DNA of 32,000 nt from contig OY782392.1 in NCBI GenBank assembly GCA_963677765.1, forward strand, positions 390,001-422,000, given 5' to 3'. The DNA comes from Candidatus Saccharimonadota bacterium (GTDB lineage: Bacteria; Patescibacteriota; Gracilibacteria; BD1-5; UBA6164). Within the stretch, counting starts at the first letter, position 1, and each line of letters begins with the position of its first letter. The position numbers were made by a program, and so were the translations under genes. A model generated the notes under the pieces. The model ran no database searches. It worked only from the letters and a program-made list of their open reading frames with translations, and was not told the DNA's origin. Of the stretch, positions 1 through 8,854 are shown piece after piece.

Positions 1-67
1 AACAAAAAAAGCTATAGAAGAATTAGATTTTTTTACAAAAAAAATAAGAATATTATGAGAATATTAA
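1..67 (+). CDS. 3' end of an unidentified gene (partial, runs off window start)
   Basis: Frame 2 is open from the window edge to TAA 65-67 (..TKKAIEELDFFTKKIRILGEY, one TGA read as Gly). A hairpin plus T-run follows directly. No homology recognised and the fragment is very short. Confidence 0.3.
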
Positions 68-71
68 AAAA

Positions 72-100
72 GAGATGTTATAATAACATCTCCTTTTTTT
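72..100 (+). terminator. Rho-independent terminator
   Basis: Stem gagatgtt (72-79) pairs with aacatctc (85-92), followed by a T-run at 94-100. Confidence 0.6.
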
Positions 101-264
101 GCAATAAGGTATATTTTTATAAATGTAACAGCTCTCCCAAACATGACATTTTATTTAAAAAGACTTTTTTTACCCTTATTGCATTTTGCATTTTAATAAT
201 CATATATTAAAATTATATTAAAATTTTGAATTTCATTAACAAAATAACTTTACAAATTATATTT

Positions 265-663
265 TTATTTTATAAGTTTATTTAATTCATTATGATATTC
301 TTGAGCCTTCTTTTTTAATATACTTCAAGTTACTAAATCAAATTCATGAACTAATTTATTTCTTAGTTTATGCAATTCCCAGATTTTATCTATATCATCT
401 ATTTCATTAGGATATAATTTCAATATATCTCAAAAACTTCATTCATATCATAAAGAAATTAATATTTTATGATATATTTTATCATACTCTATTATTCTTT
501 CCTTATAACTTGTTCATACTGAAGTTTTTTTAATAATTTTTTTATAAAATCTAATTTTTAGTTTATCTAGCTTTTTTTTCTTTCAAAACTGTATAACAAC
601 AGTTATTCAATAAATTATTATTGATAAGAAAAATATCAAAGCTATAAATAAGTATTGTTCCAT
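265..663 (-). CDS. Hypothetical small membrane-anchored protein (132 aa)
   Basis: ATG at 663-661 to TAA at 267-265, 133 codons with 8 in-frame TGA read as Gly. N-terminal hydrophobic helix MEQYLFIALIFFLSIIIYGITVVIQF, then a charged soluble part. It starts 3 nt after the hflX stop (operon). No family recognised. Confidence 0.6.
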
Positions 664-665
664 TT

Positions 666-1892
666 TTAATCTAAGTTAAGTTGTTCTATAATTTTTTCTT
701 TTAACTCATCTAAATTTTCTTTGTTAGATGCAGAAATAAATATAGGATTTAATTTATCATATTTATTTAATAAATATGATTTTTTTGATTCATGTACTAT
801 ATTCTCTCCATCTTTTACTTCCTCAATAAACTCTCAATTCTCTAATGAATCTTTTTTATTAAAAACATATATTCTTTTTTGTTCAGCTCAAATATTAGAA
901 AGAATATCTTCAACAACAGATATTTTTATTTCAAGCTTTGGGTCACTACAATCAATAACATGTAACAAAATATCTGATTCGATAGAATCTTCAAGAGTTG
1001 ATTTAAAAGCTTCTATAAGTTGAGGTGGTAATTCTCTAATAAATCATATAGTATCATTAATCAATATTTCTTTAGGAGCAATATATTCCCCTGTTTTTTC
1101 ATTATAAGATGCTTCTACAAACATTTTTCAAACACTTGTTCAAAGTGTTGCAAAAAGCTTGTCTTCAGCAAGAACTCATTTCTTAGTTAATGAATTTGTT
1201 AATGTTGATTTTCAAGCATTTGTATATCATACAACTCATACTGTAGAAATTCATTTTCTTGATCTTGATTGCCTATGTTGTTGTCTAACTTTCGCATAAT
1301 GCTCTAAATCCTTTTTTATAGCTAATTCCCTTCTTTGTAAATGTCTTTTCATTATCTCAGTATTTGTTTCTCAACTTCATTTTCATCATTGTTTTCATAA
1401 CTCCATTCACATATCAAATATACGAGGTCACATATGCTTAATAGAAGCAAGCTCTATTTGTAATTTAGCCTCTTTACTTTTAGCATTCTTTTCAAATATT
1501 TTTAAAATAAGATCTATTCTATCCCAAGCTTTTGCTCATATAGGTTTTAATTTTTCATTTATAGCATATATTTGTTTAGGCTTTAATATATTTCATAAAA
1601 TCAATATATTAGCATCATTCCTTTGCATTTCTTCTATTATTTCATCAAGTCTACCTTCTCATATAAAAGTTTTATAATCAGGAACTGACTTATTTTGAAT
1701 ATGCTTAACTATAACAACTCATCAATATGTATTTACAAGGTTTTCTAACTCAATCATTCTATCTTCCATATTGTGCCTAATTTCAGCATCTTCTGGTAGT
1801 ATATCAGCAACAAAAACTCTTAATTCTTTATTTGAATACTCCAGATTTTGTTGCAACTGTTCTAATTCTCTTTCACTAACTCTTCTATTCAT
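666..1892 (-). CDS. hflX: GTPase HflX (408 aa)
   Basis: 409 codons. G1 P-loop VGVVGYTNAGKSTL with both invariant Gly encoded by TGA. G3-type NDTIGFIRELPPQLIEAF and an HflX-type N-domain (GEGRLDEI..LILGNILKPKQ). Confidence 0.95.
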
Positions 1893-1946
1893 AAATATTT
1901 TTTTAATTCTAATCTTTATTTATTATAAATATAATATATCTTTTAT

Positions 1947-1978
1947 CAAAAAAAAAGCTTCTTTAAAAAAAAGAAGCT
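1947..1978 (-). terminator. Rho-independent terminator of the 62-aa ORF
   Basis: agcttcttt (1956-1964) pairs with aaagaagct (1970-1978). On the minus strand a 9-T run follows (plus-strand A-run 1947-1955). It overlaps the TAG stop. Confidence 0.55.
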
Positions 1979-2165
1979 AATTATAGCAAGAAAATTTTTT
2001 TAAACTTAAGGATCTTAATATTTTAGAATTAAGTTTAGAAGAAATACAAAAGTCAATTGTGTAGTCACAAACACTCATATTTCTTTCATCTCTTATATAT
2101 TTATACATCCAAATTTTTCTTGCTGTTTTTGTTCTACCTTTACCTCTTAAAGGAAAATTAGTCAT
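1977..2165 (-). CDS. Small basic hypothetical protein (62 aa)
   Basis: ORF-track entry with no internal TGA, ending in TAG. It is one of the few genes here with a strong Shine-Dalgarno (AAGGAG = complement of 2172-2177, 6 nt before the ATG). It has its own promoter-like site and terminator. Sequence MTNFPLRGKGRTKTARKIW.. is lysine/arginine rich. No family recognised. Confidence 0.55.
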   Translation of the reverse strand: MTNFPLRGKGRTKTARKIWMYKYIRDERNMSVCDYTIDFCISSKLNSKILRSLSLKKFSCYN

Positions 2166-2197
2166 TTATATCTCCTTTTATGAAAGAATAGAAATAT

Positions 2198-2225
2198 ATA
2201 TTAATTTATAAAAAATAATTGTCAA
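2198..2225 (-). promoter_or_regulatory. sigma70-like promoter for the 62-aa ORF
   Basis: Minus strand: TTGACA (complement of 2220-2225), 16-nt spacer, TAATAT (complement of 2198-2203). Confidence 0.4.
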
Positions 2226-2376
2226 AAATAAAAAAACAAAAAAAGCTTTACAAAATATAGTAAATAGATATTATACAATTGTTTTAATGAGAATAATTCT
2301 TATTAAAAGTTTAATGTTTACAATATAAATAAAAACATTAATATAATATATATTATATAATATAAAAATAATAAAT

Positions 2377-3288
2377 ATGAACTTAGATTATGATTTAATA
2401 ATTATATGAGCATGATCAGCATGATACCCTGCTTGAATGTATGCTAGTAGATATAAAATAAAAAATTTAATAATTTGATGACAGCCAGGTTGAGCTTTAG
2501 CAACTTCTCACAGAGTTGAAAATTGGCCTGGAACAATTTCTGCACCAGGTAAAGAAATAATGGATTCTTTTAGAGAACATGCTACAAGTTCTTGAACAGA
2601 AATTTTAAATGAAATGGTAAGTGAATTAAAAAAACATGAAGATCATTTTCATGTAAAAACTAGTTCATGAAAAGAATTTAAATCAAAATATGTTATTTTA
2701 GCAACAGGTAACTCTCATAGACATTTATGAGCAAAATGAGAAAAAGAATTTATGGGAAAATGAGTAAGTTACTGTGCAACATGTGATTGAATGTTTTTTA
2801 AATGAAGAGATGTAATAATAGTATGAGGTTGAAATACAGCATTAACTGAAGCAATTTACTTATCTGATATATGTAACAAAGTTTATCTTGTTCACAGAAG
2901 AGATACATTTAGAGCTGAAGATTCATGGGTAGATATTGCAAATAAAAGAGAAAATATAGAAATGGTTTTAAACGAAGAAGTAGAAGAAATACTATGAGAT
3001 ACTCTTGGAATGACATGAGTTAAATTAAAATCATGAAAAGAATTAAAATCAGATGGTATATTTGTTGCTGTAGGAACTCTTCCAAATACTGATTTAGTTA
3101 AAGATATGAATTTGGAAAAAGATGAAGAATGATGTTTAGTAGTAAATGCTAGACAAGAAACTAGTTTAAAATGATTATATGCAGCTTGAGATGTTACAAC
3201 AAATAGTAATAAGTTCAAACAAACTATAATGAGTGCTGCTGAATGATGTTTAGCTGCAAACAGTATACATGAAGATAAAATGAAATAG
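2377..3288 (+). CDS. trxB: Thioredoxin-disulfide reductase (303 aa)
   Basis: 304 codons. FAD fold IIIGAGSAGYPAGMYA (all Gly = TGA), redox-active CATCDG, NADPH fold VGGGNTALTEA, and C-terminal GLYAAGDV. Confidence 0.95.
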
Positions 3289-3309
3289 TAAAAACTATTT
3301 CATTTTTTT
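3282..3309 (+). terminator. Rho-independent terminator of trxB
   Basis: gaaatagt (3282-3289) pairs with actatttc (3294-3301), then a T-run at 3303-3309. It overlaps the TAG stop. Confidence 0.6.
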
Positions 3310-3369
3310 GTTAATTTGTTCAAAAAATGTTAATATAATAATAACTAATTAAATATATAAATAAATAAA

Positions 3370-3927
3370 ATGATAAATTCTATAAATAATCATAATAAAT
3401 GAAGCAACTCTATAAATAGAAAAACTATAATTGATAGTGTAAAAAATGATACAAAAGAAGCAGTATATAAAACAACTGACCTATGACTAAATTCTTTTAG
3501 AATAACTCATAGAGATATTTTTGATAAAATATGATGATTAAATATTAAAAAACATTATATATTAGCTCAAGAGATAGTAAAAAATGAAAATGTAACACTA
3601 GATGAAATAAAATGATTAATAAAAGATAGAAATATAGACTCTAATATTAGAATGGAGATAGTTTTAGCTATGTATGAAAACAAAATAAAAGTAGATTTAG
3701 AAACATTTTCATCTTTGAAAAGTAACTTAGTTAGTATTCATGAATGAAATGATTGAGTATATCAAGCTAATACTGAAAGTTATATATATACACTATTTAT
3801 GTTTAGAAATGGTAAAATATTTAAATGATATATAGATAAAATAGAAAAAGATGAAGAAAAAGAATGAGATTTTATATACCATATTTGATGATATAAAAAA
3901 ATAAAATCATCTTGAGAATCAATATAA
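3370..3927 (+). CDS. Hypothetical protein (185 aa)
   Basis: ATG 3370 to TAA 3925-3927, 186 codons with many in-frame TGA. Followed by a bidirectional terminator. No motif recognised. Confidence 0.6.
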
Positions 3928-3958
3928 AAAAGAAGCAATTAAAAATTGCTTCTTTTTT
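3926..3958. terminator. Bidirectional terminator between convergent genes
   Basis: agaagcaatt (3931-3940) pairs with aattgcttct (3944-3953), flanked by an A-run on the left and a T-run on the right. Confidence 0.65.
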
Positions 3959-3961
3959 AAC

Positions 3962-5005
3962 TTAAAAATCCCAAGATCATTTCATAGCACTAGATTGTGC
4001 ATAATTAGTAACTGTAGATTCAAAAAAGTTACCTTTTTCTGAGTTATTATCTTGTAATCTATCAAGATGCTTATAAGGGTTTTTTACTACATTTTCATAT
4101 AATGGTTTTATTCATAAAAGAGATAATCTTTCATTAGCTAACCATTTTGTATAATTTTCTATATTTTGATGTCACATTCATATTATATTTTCTCATAATA
4201 TATGTTTTGACCACTTTATTTCTTGATTAACTGCTGTATCCATCATTTCTACTATAAGTTTTTCATCATACATTTCAGGAAATTCTTTTTTAATTTCTTT
4301 AATCATGTTTGCAAATATTGTAACATGAGTTAATTCGTCTCTTCTAATATAATTAATCATTCTATCAGTAGCAACCATTCTTCATTGATCAGCTAAAGTA
4401 TCAAAAAATGCAAAACCATTATAAAAATAAATACTTTCTAATAAAAAGTTTCAGATTATTCATCTAAAAAAGTTTCTATCATTTGGTTCATCAATAAAAT
4501 CTTGATATATTCAACCTATAAACTCATTTCTTTCTAACAAATGTTTATCTGTTCTCCAGAAATAATATATTTCTTCTCTTTCTTTAGAGTCAACTATAGT
4601 TTCTAATATAGTAGCATATGATTGTGAATGTATAGCTTCTTGGTAAGCTTGAATACTAAGAATCAAATTTACTTCTGGAGCTGTTACATATTCAGAAAAG
4701 TTAGGAAGATTAACTGTTTGTATACTATCAAGAAATATTAAAAAAGATAATATTCATTTATATGCTCTTCTTTCATCATCACTCAATTCTTTTTTATATT
4801 GAGTTGCATCTTCTCATAATCATTTTACTTTTTCAGGAAGCCAAAAATTTCAAACCATTACTTGATATAAACTTTTAGCCCAATTATATTTAACTGCATT
4901 TAATTGAAATAATCATGTTGTATTTCATTTTATTATAGTTCTTTCTGATACAGAATCATCTCATTTTGGGTTAAATATAAGACTTGCTTGCATTTCTTGT
5001 GACAT
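3962..5005 (-). CDS. nrdB: Class I ribonucleotide reductase beta (R2) subunit (347 aa)
   Basis: 348 codons. Di-iron ligand motifs QEAIHSQSY and RDELTHV. Includes the ORF-track fragment MVATDRMINYIRRDELTHVTIF.. . Confidence 0.93.
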
Positions 5006-5030
5006 ATCTATTTATTTTAAAAACTAATAA

Positions 5031-5471
5031 TTATTTTCTGTTATTTATAAACTCTATAAAATCTTTTGCTGATTCAAAGTTTAAGTGAACAGATGCATAT
5101 CTAATATATGCTACCTCATCTATTTTTAATAAGGCTTCTAAAACATCCTTTCATATATCTTTTGAGCTTATTTCTTGTTTTCAACTCCATTTAAACTCCA
5201 AAGTTTTTATTAAATCATTTATAACATGAACACTTAAATTTCTTTTATTCAAGGCCTTTATTATACTGTCTTCTAATTTATCCCTATTATATCTTTCTTT
5301 TCTATTTCATGTTTTCTCTACAATCAAATTAATTATCTCTATTTTTTCAAAAGTAGTAAATCTATTATGACAATTTTCACACTCTCTTCTCCTTCTTATA
5401 GTTTTACCATCATCTGAAACTCTAGAATCGATTACTCTTGTACTATCATTTCAACAATTTATACAATACAT
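5031..5471 (-). CDS. nrdR: Transcriptional repressor NrdR (146 aa)
   Basis: N-terminal zinc ribbon [33 protein letters not shown] followed by an ATP-cone. It ends 25 nt upstream of nrdB (operon). Confidence 0.95.
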
Positions 5472-5482
5472 ATTTATATAAT

Positions 5483-5530
5483 TATTCAATATATTTGGTA
5501 TAGTGATACTTATTATAACTAAATATAGTA
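5483..5530 (-). promoter_or_regulatory. Candidate degenerate NrdR-box pair upstream of nrdR-nrdB
   Basis: tattcaatatatttgg (5483-5498) and ataactaaatatagta (5515-5530) each match the strong box tacacaatatatagtt at 10 of 16 positions. Their centres are 32 bp apart, as expected for tandem NrdR boxes. Confidence 0.4.
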
Positions 5531-5559
5531 TTTTTCAATAAAAAAATTAAAAAAAATTA

Positions 5560-6261
5560 TTAATTTCTTATTCAAACATTTTTAACAAATTTTAGTGATA
5601 AATTTCTAAAATAATTTAATTCTTTTATAGAAAAACTCTTTCATTTAAATGATTTTTCCAAAGTATTTCATGACTTAAAGTTTTGCAAATAATAGTTTTT
5701 TGCTCAAGAAATATATTTAGCAATATTTTCAATATTTTCATCAGTATGAACTCCTGAGATAACAGTAGTTCTAAATTCATAATCTATGTTTGAATTTAAA
5801 ATTATATTTATAGATTCTAAATATGGTTTTTCATTTAATTCAACTCAAGCAGATTCACTAAATTTTCATATTTCGTTCTTTATATCCATAGCTATATAAT
5901 CGAGTAAACCTTCTTCTATAAGTAATTTCAAAATTTTAGGGTCTCTTCAATTAGTATCTAATTTTAGTTTATATCACATTTTTTTTATCTTTTTACAAAA
6001 ATCATATAAATCAGTTTGTAAAGTTGGTTCACCTCAACAAATAGAAACTCAATCTATTAATCATTTTCTCTTTTCTAAAAAATTAAAAAAAGATTTTTCA
6101 CTTATAAGATTTTTATAAACATTTTTTAGTTTTTCTGGAACTACGAATTCGCTATTATGACAATAAGAACATCTAAAATTACATCCTGGACTAAAAACTA
6201 TACAAGAAACTTTTCAAGGATAATCAATAAGACTAAAAGGAGTTATTCATGATATTTGCAT
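5560..6261 (-). CDS. nrdG: Anaerobic ribonucleotide reductase activating protein, radical SAM (233 aa)
   Basis: 234 codons. Radical-SAM cluster motif PGCNFRCSYCHN and SICGGEPTL. Positioned directly after the nrdD pieces. Confidence 0.9.
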
Positions 6262-6263
6262 AA

Positions 6264-6449
6264 TTAAGAATATTTATTTATAAATCTTAAATTAGAGTCT
6301 TGTTCTTTAAAATAATTCCTAGAATAAAATTCAGATTTTTTTCATATATTAAAACTAGATACAGGTCTATGATATCACATAACTCTAGTATATATTTCAC
6401 ACTTAGTTCTTGAAAATAGTTTTCATTCAGTATTAATTGATAATGACAT
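6264..6449 (-). CDS. nrdD: Stand-alone glycyl-radical C-terminal piece of class III RNR (61 aa)
   Basis: MSLSINTEGKLFSRTKCEIYTRVMGYHRPVSSFNIGKKSEFYSR.. carries the NrdD glycyl-radical signature (RVxGY..RPV..N.GK..E). It has its own ATG, in a different frame from the large nrdD ORF and 23 nt downstream of its stop. Confidence 0.8.
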
Positions 6450-6472
6450 AATTATTAAAATTAATAAATAAA

Positions 6473-8677
6473 TTATATTTTTGTTTTTTCTATATTTTTA
6501 ATTTTTTCAAAATCATCAGTATAAGTCCTTCTTGTCTCTAAATCAAATTTATCTCAACTATATCATATCTCTTCATCACATTTTGGGCAATAATCATGTT
6601 CTCAAACTATATATCAATGATTAGGACATATTGAAAATGTTGGTGAAATAGTAATATATGGAAGCTGATAATTTGAAATTACATTTTTGACAAAATTTTT
6701 ACAAGATTTACTATCTGTTAGCCTTTCTCACATATATAAATGTAAAACAGTTCATCAAGTATATTTACATTGTAATTCATTTTGTTCATCAAGTGCTTCA
6801 TAAGGATCATCTGTAAATCAAACTGGTAATTGAGATGAGTTTGTATAATAAGGAGCATCATTAGTTCATGCTTGTATAATATTTGGAATCTGTTTTTTAT
6901 CTTCTTTTGCAAATCTATATGTAGTTCCCTCTGCAGGTGTAGCTTCTAAATTATATAAATTACCTGTTTCCTCTTGATAATCTTTTAGTTTATTTCTCAT
7001 GAATTCTATAATTTCCATAGCGAATTCTTTTCACCAACTAGTTGAAATATCTTCTTTTCAAGCAGTAAAATTTAATATAGCTTCATTCATTCAATTCAAT
7101 CAAATAGTAGAAAAGTGGTTTCTAAAACTTCTTAAATATCTATAAGTATAAGGATATAATCATCTTTCAAGCCATTTTGTAACTTCTTTTCTTTTAAGTT
7201 CTAAAGATACTTTAGCTTGTTCCATTAGATATTCTACTCTTTTTTTAAAAGATTCTTTATCTCATGCTGTATTATATCAAATACGAGCCATATTAAGAGT
7301 AACCACTCATATACTTCAAGTCATTTCTGAACTACCAAATAATCAACCTCACCTTTTTTCTAATTGAGTTAAATCAAGCTGCAACCTACAACACATTGAC
7401 CTAACTGCTCATGGAGTATAAGCATCTGGATTTTTTACAGTTTCATATGTTCAATCAGATTTTTTTAATCTTTTATACTGACTTCAAACAAAATTTTGAA
7501 AATATGGAAGACCATATTTAGCTGTCATTTCAAATAAAGCATCTATATCTGGATCATCCCAAGGAAAATCTTCTGTAATATTGTATGTAGGTATAGGAAA
7601 AGTAAAAACTCTTCAATTTCTATCTCAAGCTACATAAACATCAATCAAAGCTCTATTTATTATTCTCATTTCATCTTCAAGTTCTCAATATTTTTTTTCA
7701 TAATATCAATTATCAATTCAACCTAAAAACAAAGCCTTATCCTTTAAATCATCTGGAACAGTCCAATCCAAAGTTATATTGGTAAATGGTGATTGTGTTC
7801 ACCACCTACTAGGAACATTCAATCAAAAAATAAAATTTTGCATTTGTTGATAAACATATTTATAAGTTTTATTATAAATATATTTTTCTTTTTCTTCTTC
7901 TGATTTAAAACTAGAATTTACTTCTTGTAATTCTTTTTTTATTTCTTCCTTATATTTATGTACAAATGGAGCTAAATAAGTATCAAAACTTGAAAAAGCT
8001 TGAGCTCAAGCCCATTCATTTTGTAAAGTTCATAAGAAGTTTATCATTTGATTAACAGCAGCTTGCAAATTTTTAGCTGGAGCAGAATCTACTCTTTTAT
8101 CAGATCAATTAAATCATTCTTCTAATAATTGTCTAAGACTCCAACCTGCACAATAACCAGAAAACATATCTAAATCATGTATATGAATATCTGCATTTCT
8201 ATGGAGATTTCAAATTTCTGAAGGATATATATGGCTAAGCCAATAATTAGCAGTAACTTTTCAAGAAATATTTAATATCATACCTCAAAGTGAATAACCA
8301 GAATTAGCATTAGCATTTACTCTCCAGTCTGATTTATTTAAATATTCCTCCATTGAGTCTCAAACTTCAATTACAACATTTTTATCATTTCTTAATTGAT
8401 TTCTTTTTTCTCTATAAATTATAAATGATTTAGCAACTGTATCATGACCATCTTTTATAAGAGATTCCTCTATAGAATTTTGAATATCTTCTACACTTGG
8501 TATATCTGTTCATATCTCCTCCTCTAAATATGAAATTGTTTTTTCAGTCATATCTGAAATCAAAGAAAAATCATTTCATCAAGATGCTACAATTGCTTTT
8601 TTAATAGCATTTTCTATTTTTTTTATATCAAATGTAACAATAGAACCATTTCTTTTCCTAACTTTATAAATAGCCAT
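6473..8677 (-). CDS. nrdD: Class III (anaerobic) ribonucleoside-triphosphate reductase, large piece lacking the glycyl-radical tail (734 aa)
   Basis: 735 codons. N-terminal ATP-cone (MAIYKVRKRNGSIVTFDIKKIENAIKKA). Core motifs SGYCAGWSL, FTFPIPTYN, CCRLQLD and LEATPAEG. Zn site ISPTFSICPNHGYIVGEHDYCPKC. Ends with TAA 6475-6473. Confidence 0.93.
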
Positions 8678-8702
8678 AATAGGAAATTTTAAAACAAATA
8701 AA

Positions 8703-8749
8703 AACTATATATTGTGTACACATAAATATATGATACACAATATATAGTT
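8703..8749 (-). promoter_or_regulatory. Tandem NrdR boxes (pair 1) upstream of nrdD
   Basis: aactatatattgtgta (8703-8718) is the exact reverse complement of tacacaatatatagtt (8734-8749). Centres are 31 bp apart. Both resemble the published NrdR-box palindrome acaCwAtATaTwGtgt. Confidence 0.8.
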
Positions 8750-8806
8750 TTTGCAATAAATTTTATATATTTTTATTTGACTATTATTCATTTTATTTTA
8801 ATTGGA

Positions 8807-8854
8807 AACACAATATATAGATAATATAAGTATTTTTATATACAATATATAGTA
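8807..8854 (-). promoter_or_regulatory. Tandem NrdR boxes (pair 2) between the nrdA stop and nrdD
   Basis: aacacaatatatagat (8807-8822) and tatacaatatatagta (8839-8854) are each 14/16 identical to the box at 8734-8749. Centres are 32 bp apart. The last box abuts the nrdA stop codon. Confidence 0.75.

Noticed and set aside
55-210. Frame-1 ORF of 51 aa (MRILKKRCYNNISFFCNKVYFYKCNSS..) with a hydrophobic tail.
   Set aside because: It would have to be translated through a strong hairpin plus T-run terminator (72-100). It has no start context or homology. It is more likely a chance open frame.
721-1023. ORF-track entry, + strand, 100 aa.
   Set aside because: It is antisense to hflX, has low-complexity S/F/I-rich composition and shows no motif. 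It is a shadow ORF in AT-rich DNA.
1977-2165. That the 62-aa ORF is a tyrosine-recombinase fragment (RGKGRTKTARKIW resembling GKGxKxRxxPL), which would make it a mobile-element remnant.
   Set aside because: The match is only a few residues. No catalytic R..HxxR..Y region, repeats or att-like sites are nearby. It has intact expression signals of its own.
2892-3218. ORF-track entry, - strand, 108 aa.
   Set aside because: It is antisense to the motif-complete trxB.
6440-6480. That the nrdD split is a simple one-base sequencing frameshift.
   Set aside because: This is not fully excluded. However, the two frames overlap for only 16 codons of pure A/T sequence. Any single shift there yields a hydrophobic junction unlike NrdD, and the large ORF already carries about 30 atypical residues after the CPKC motif.
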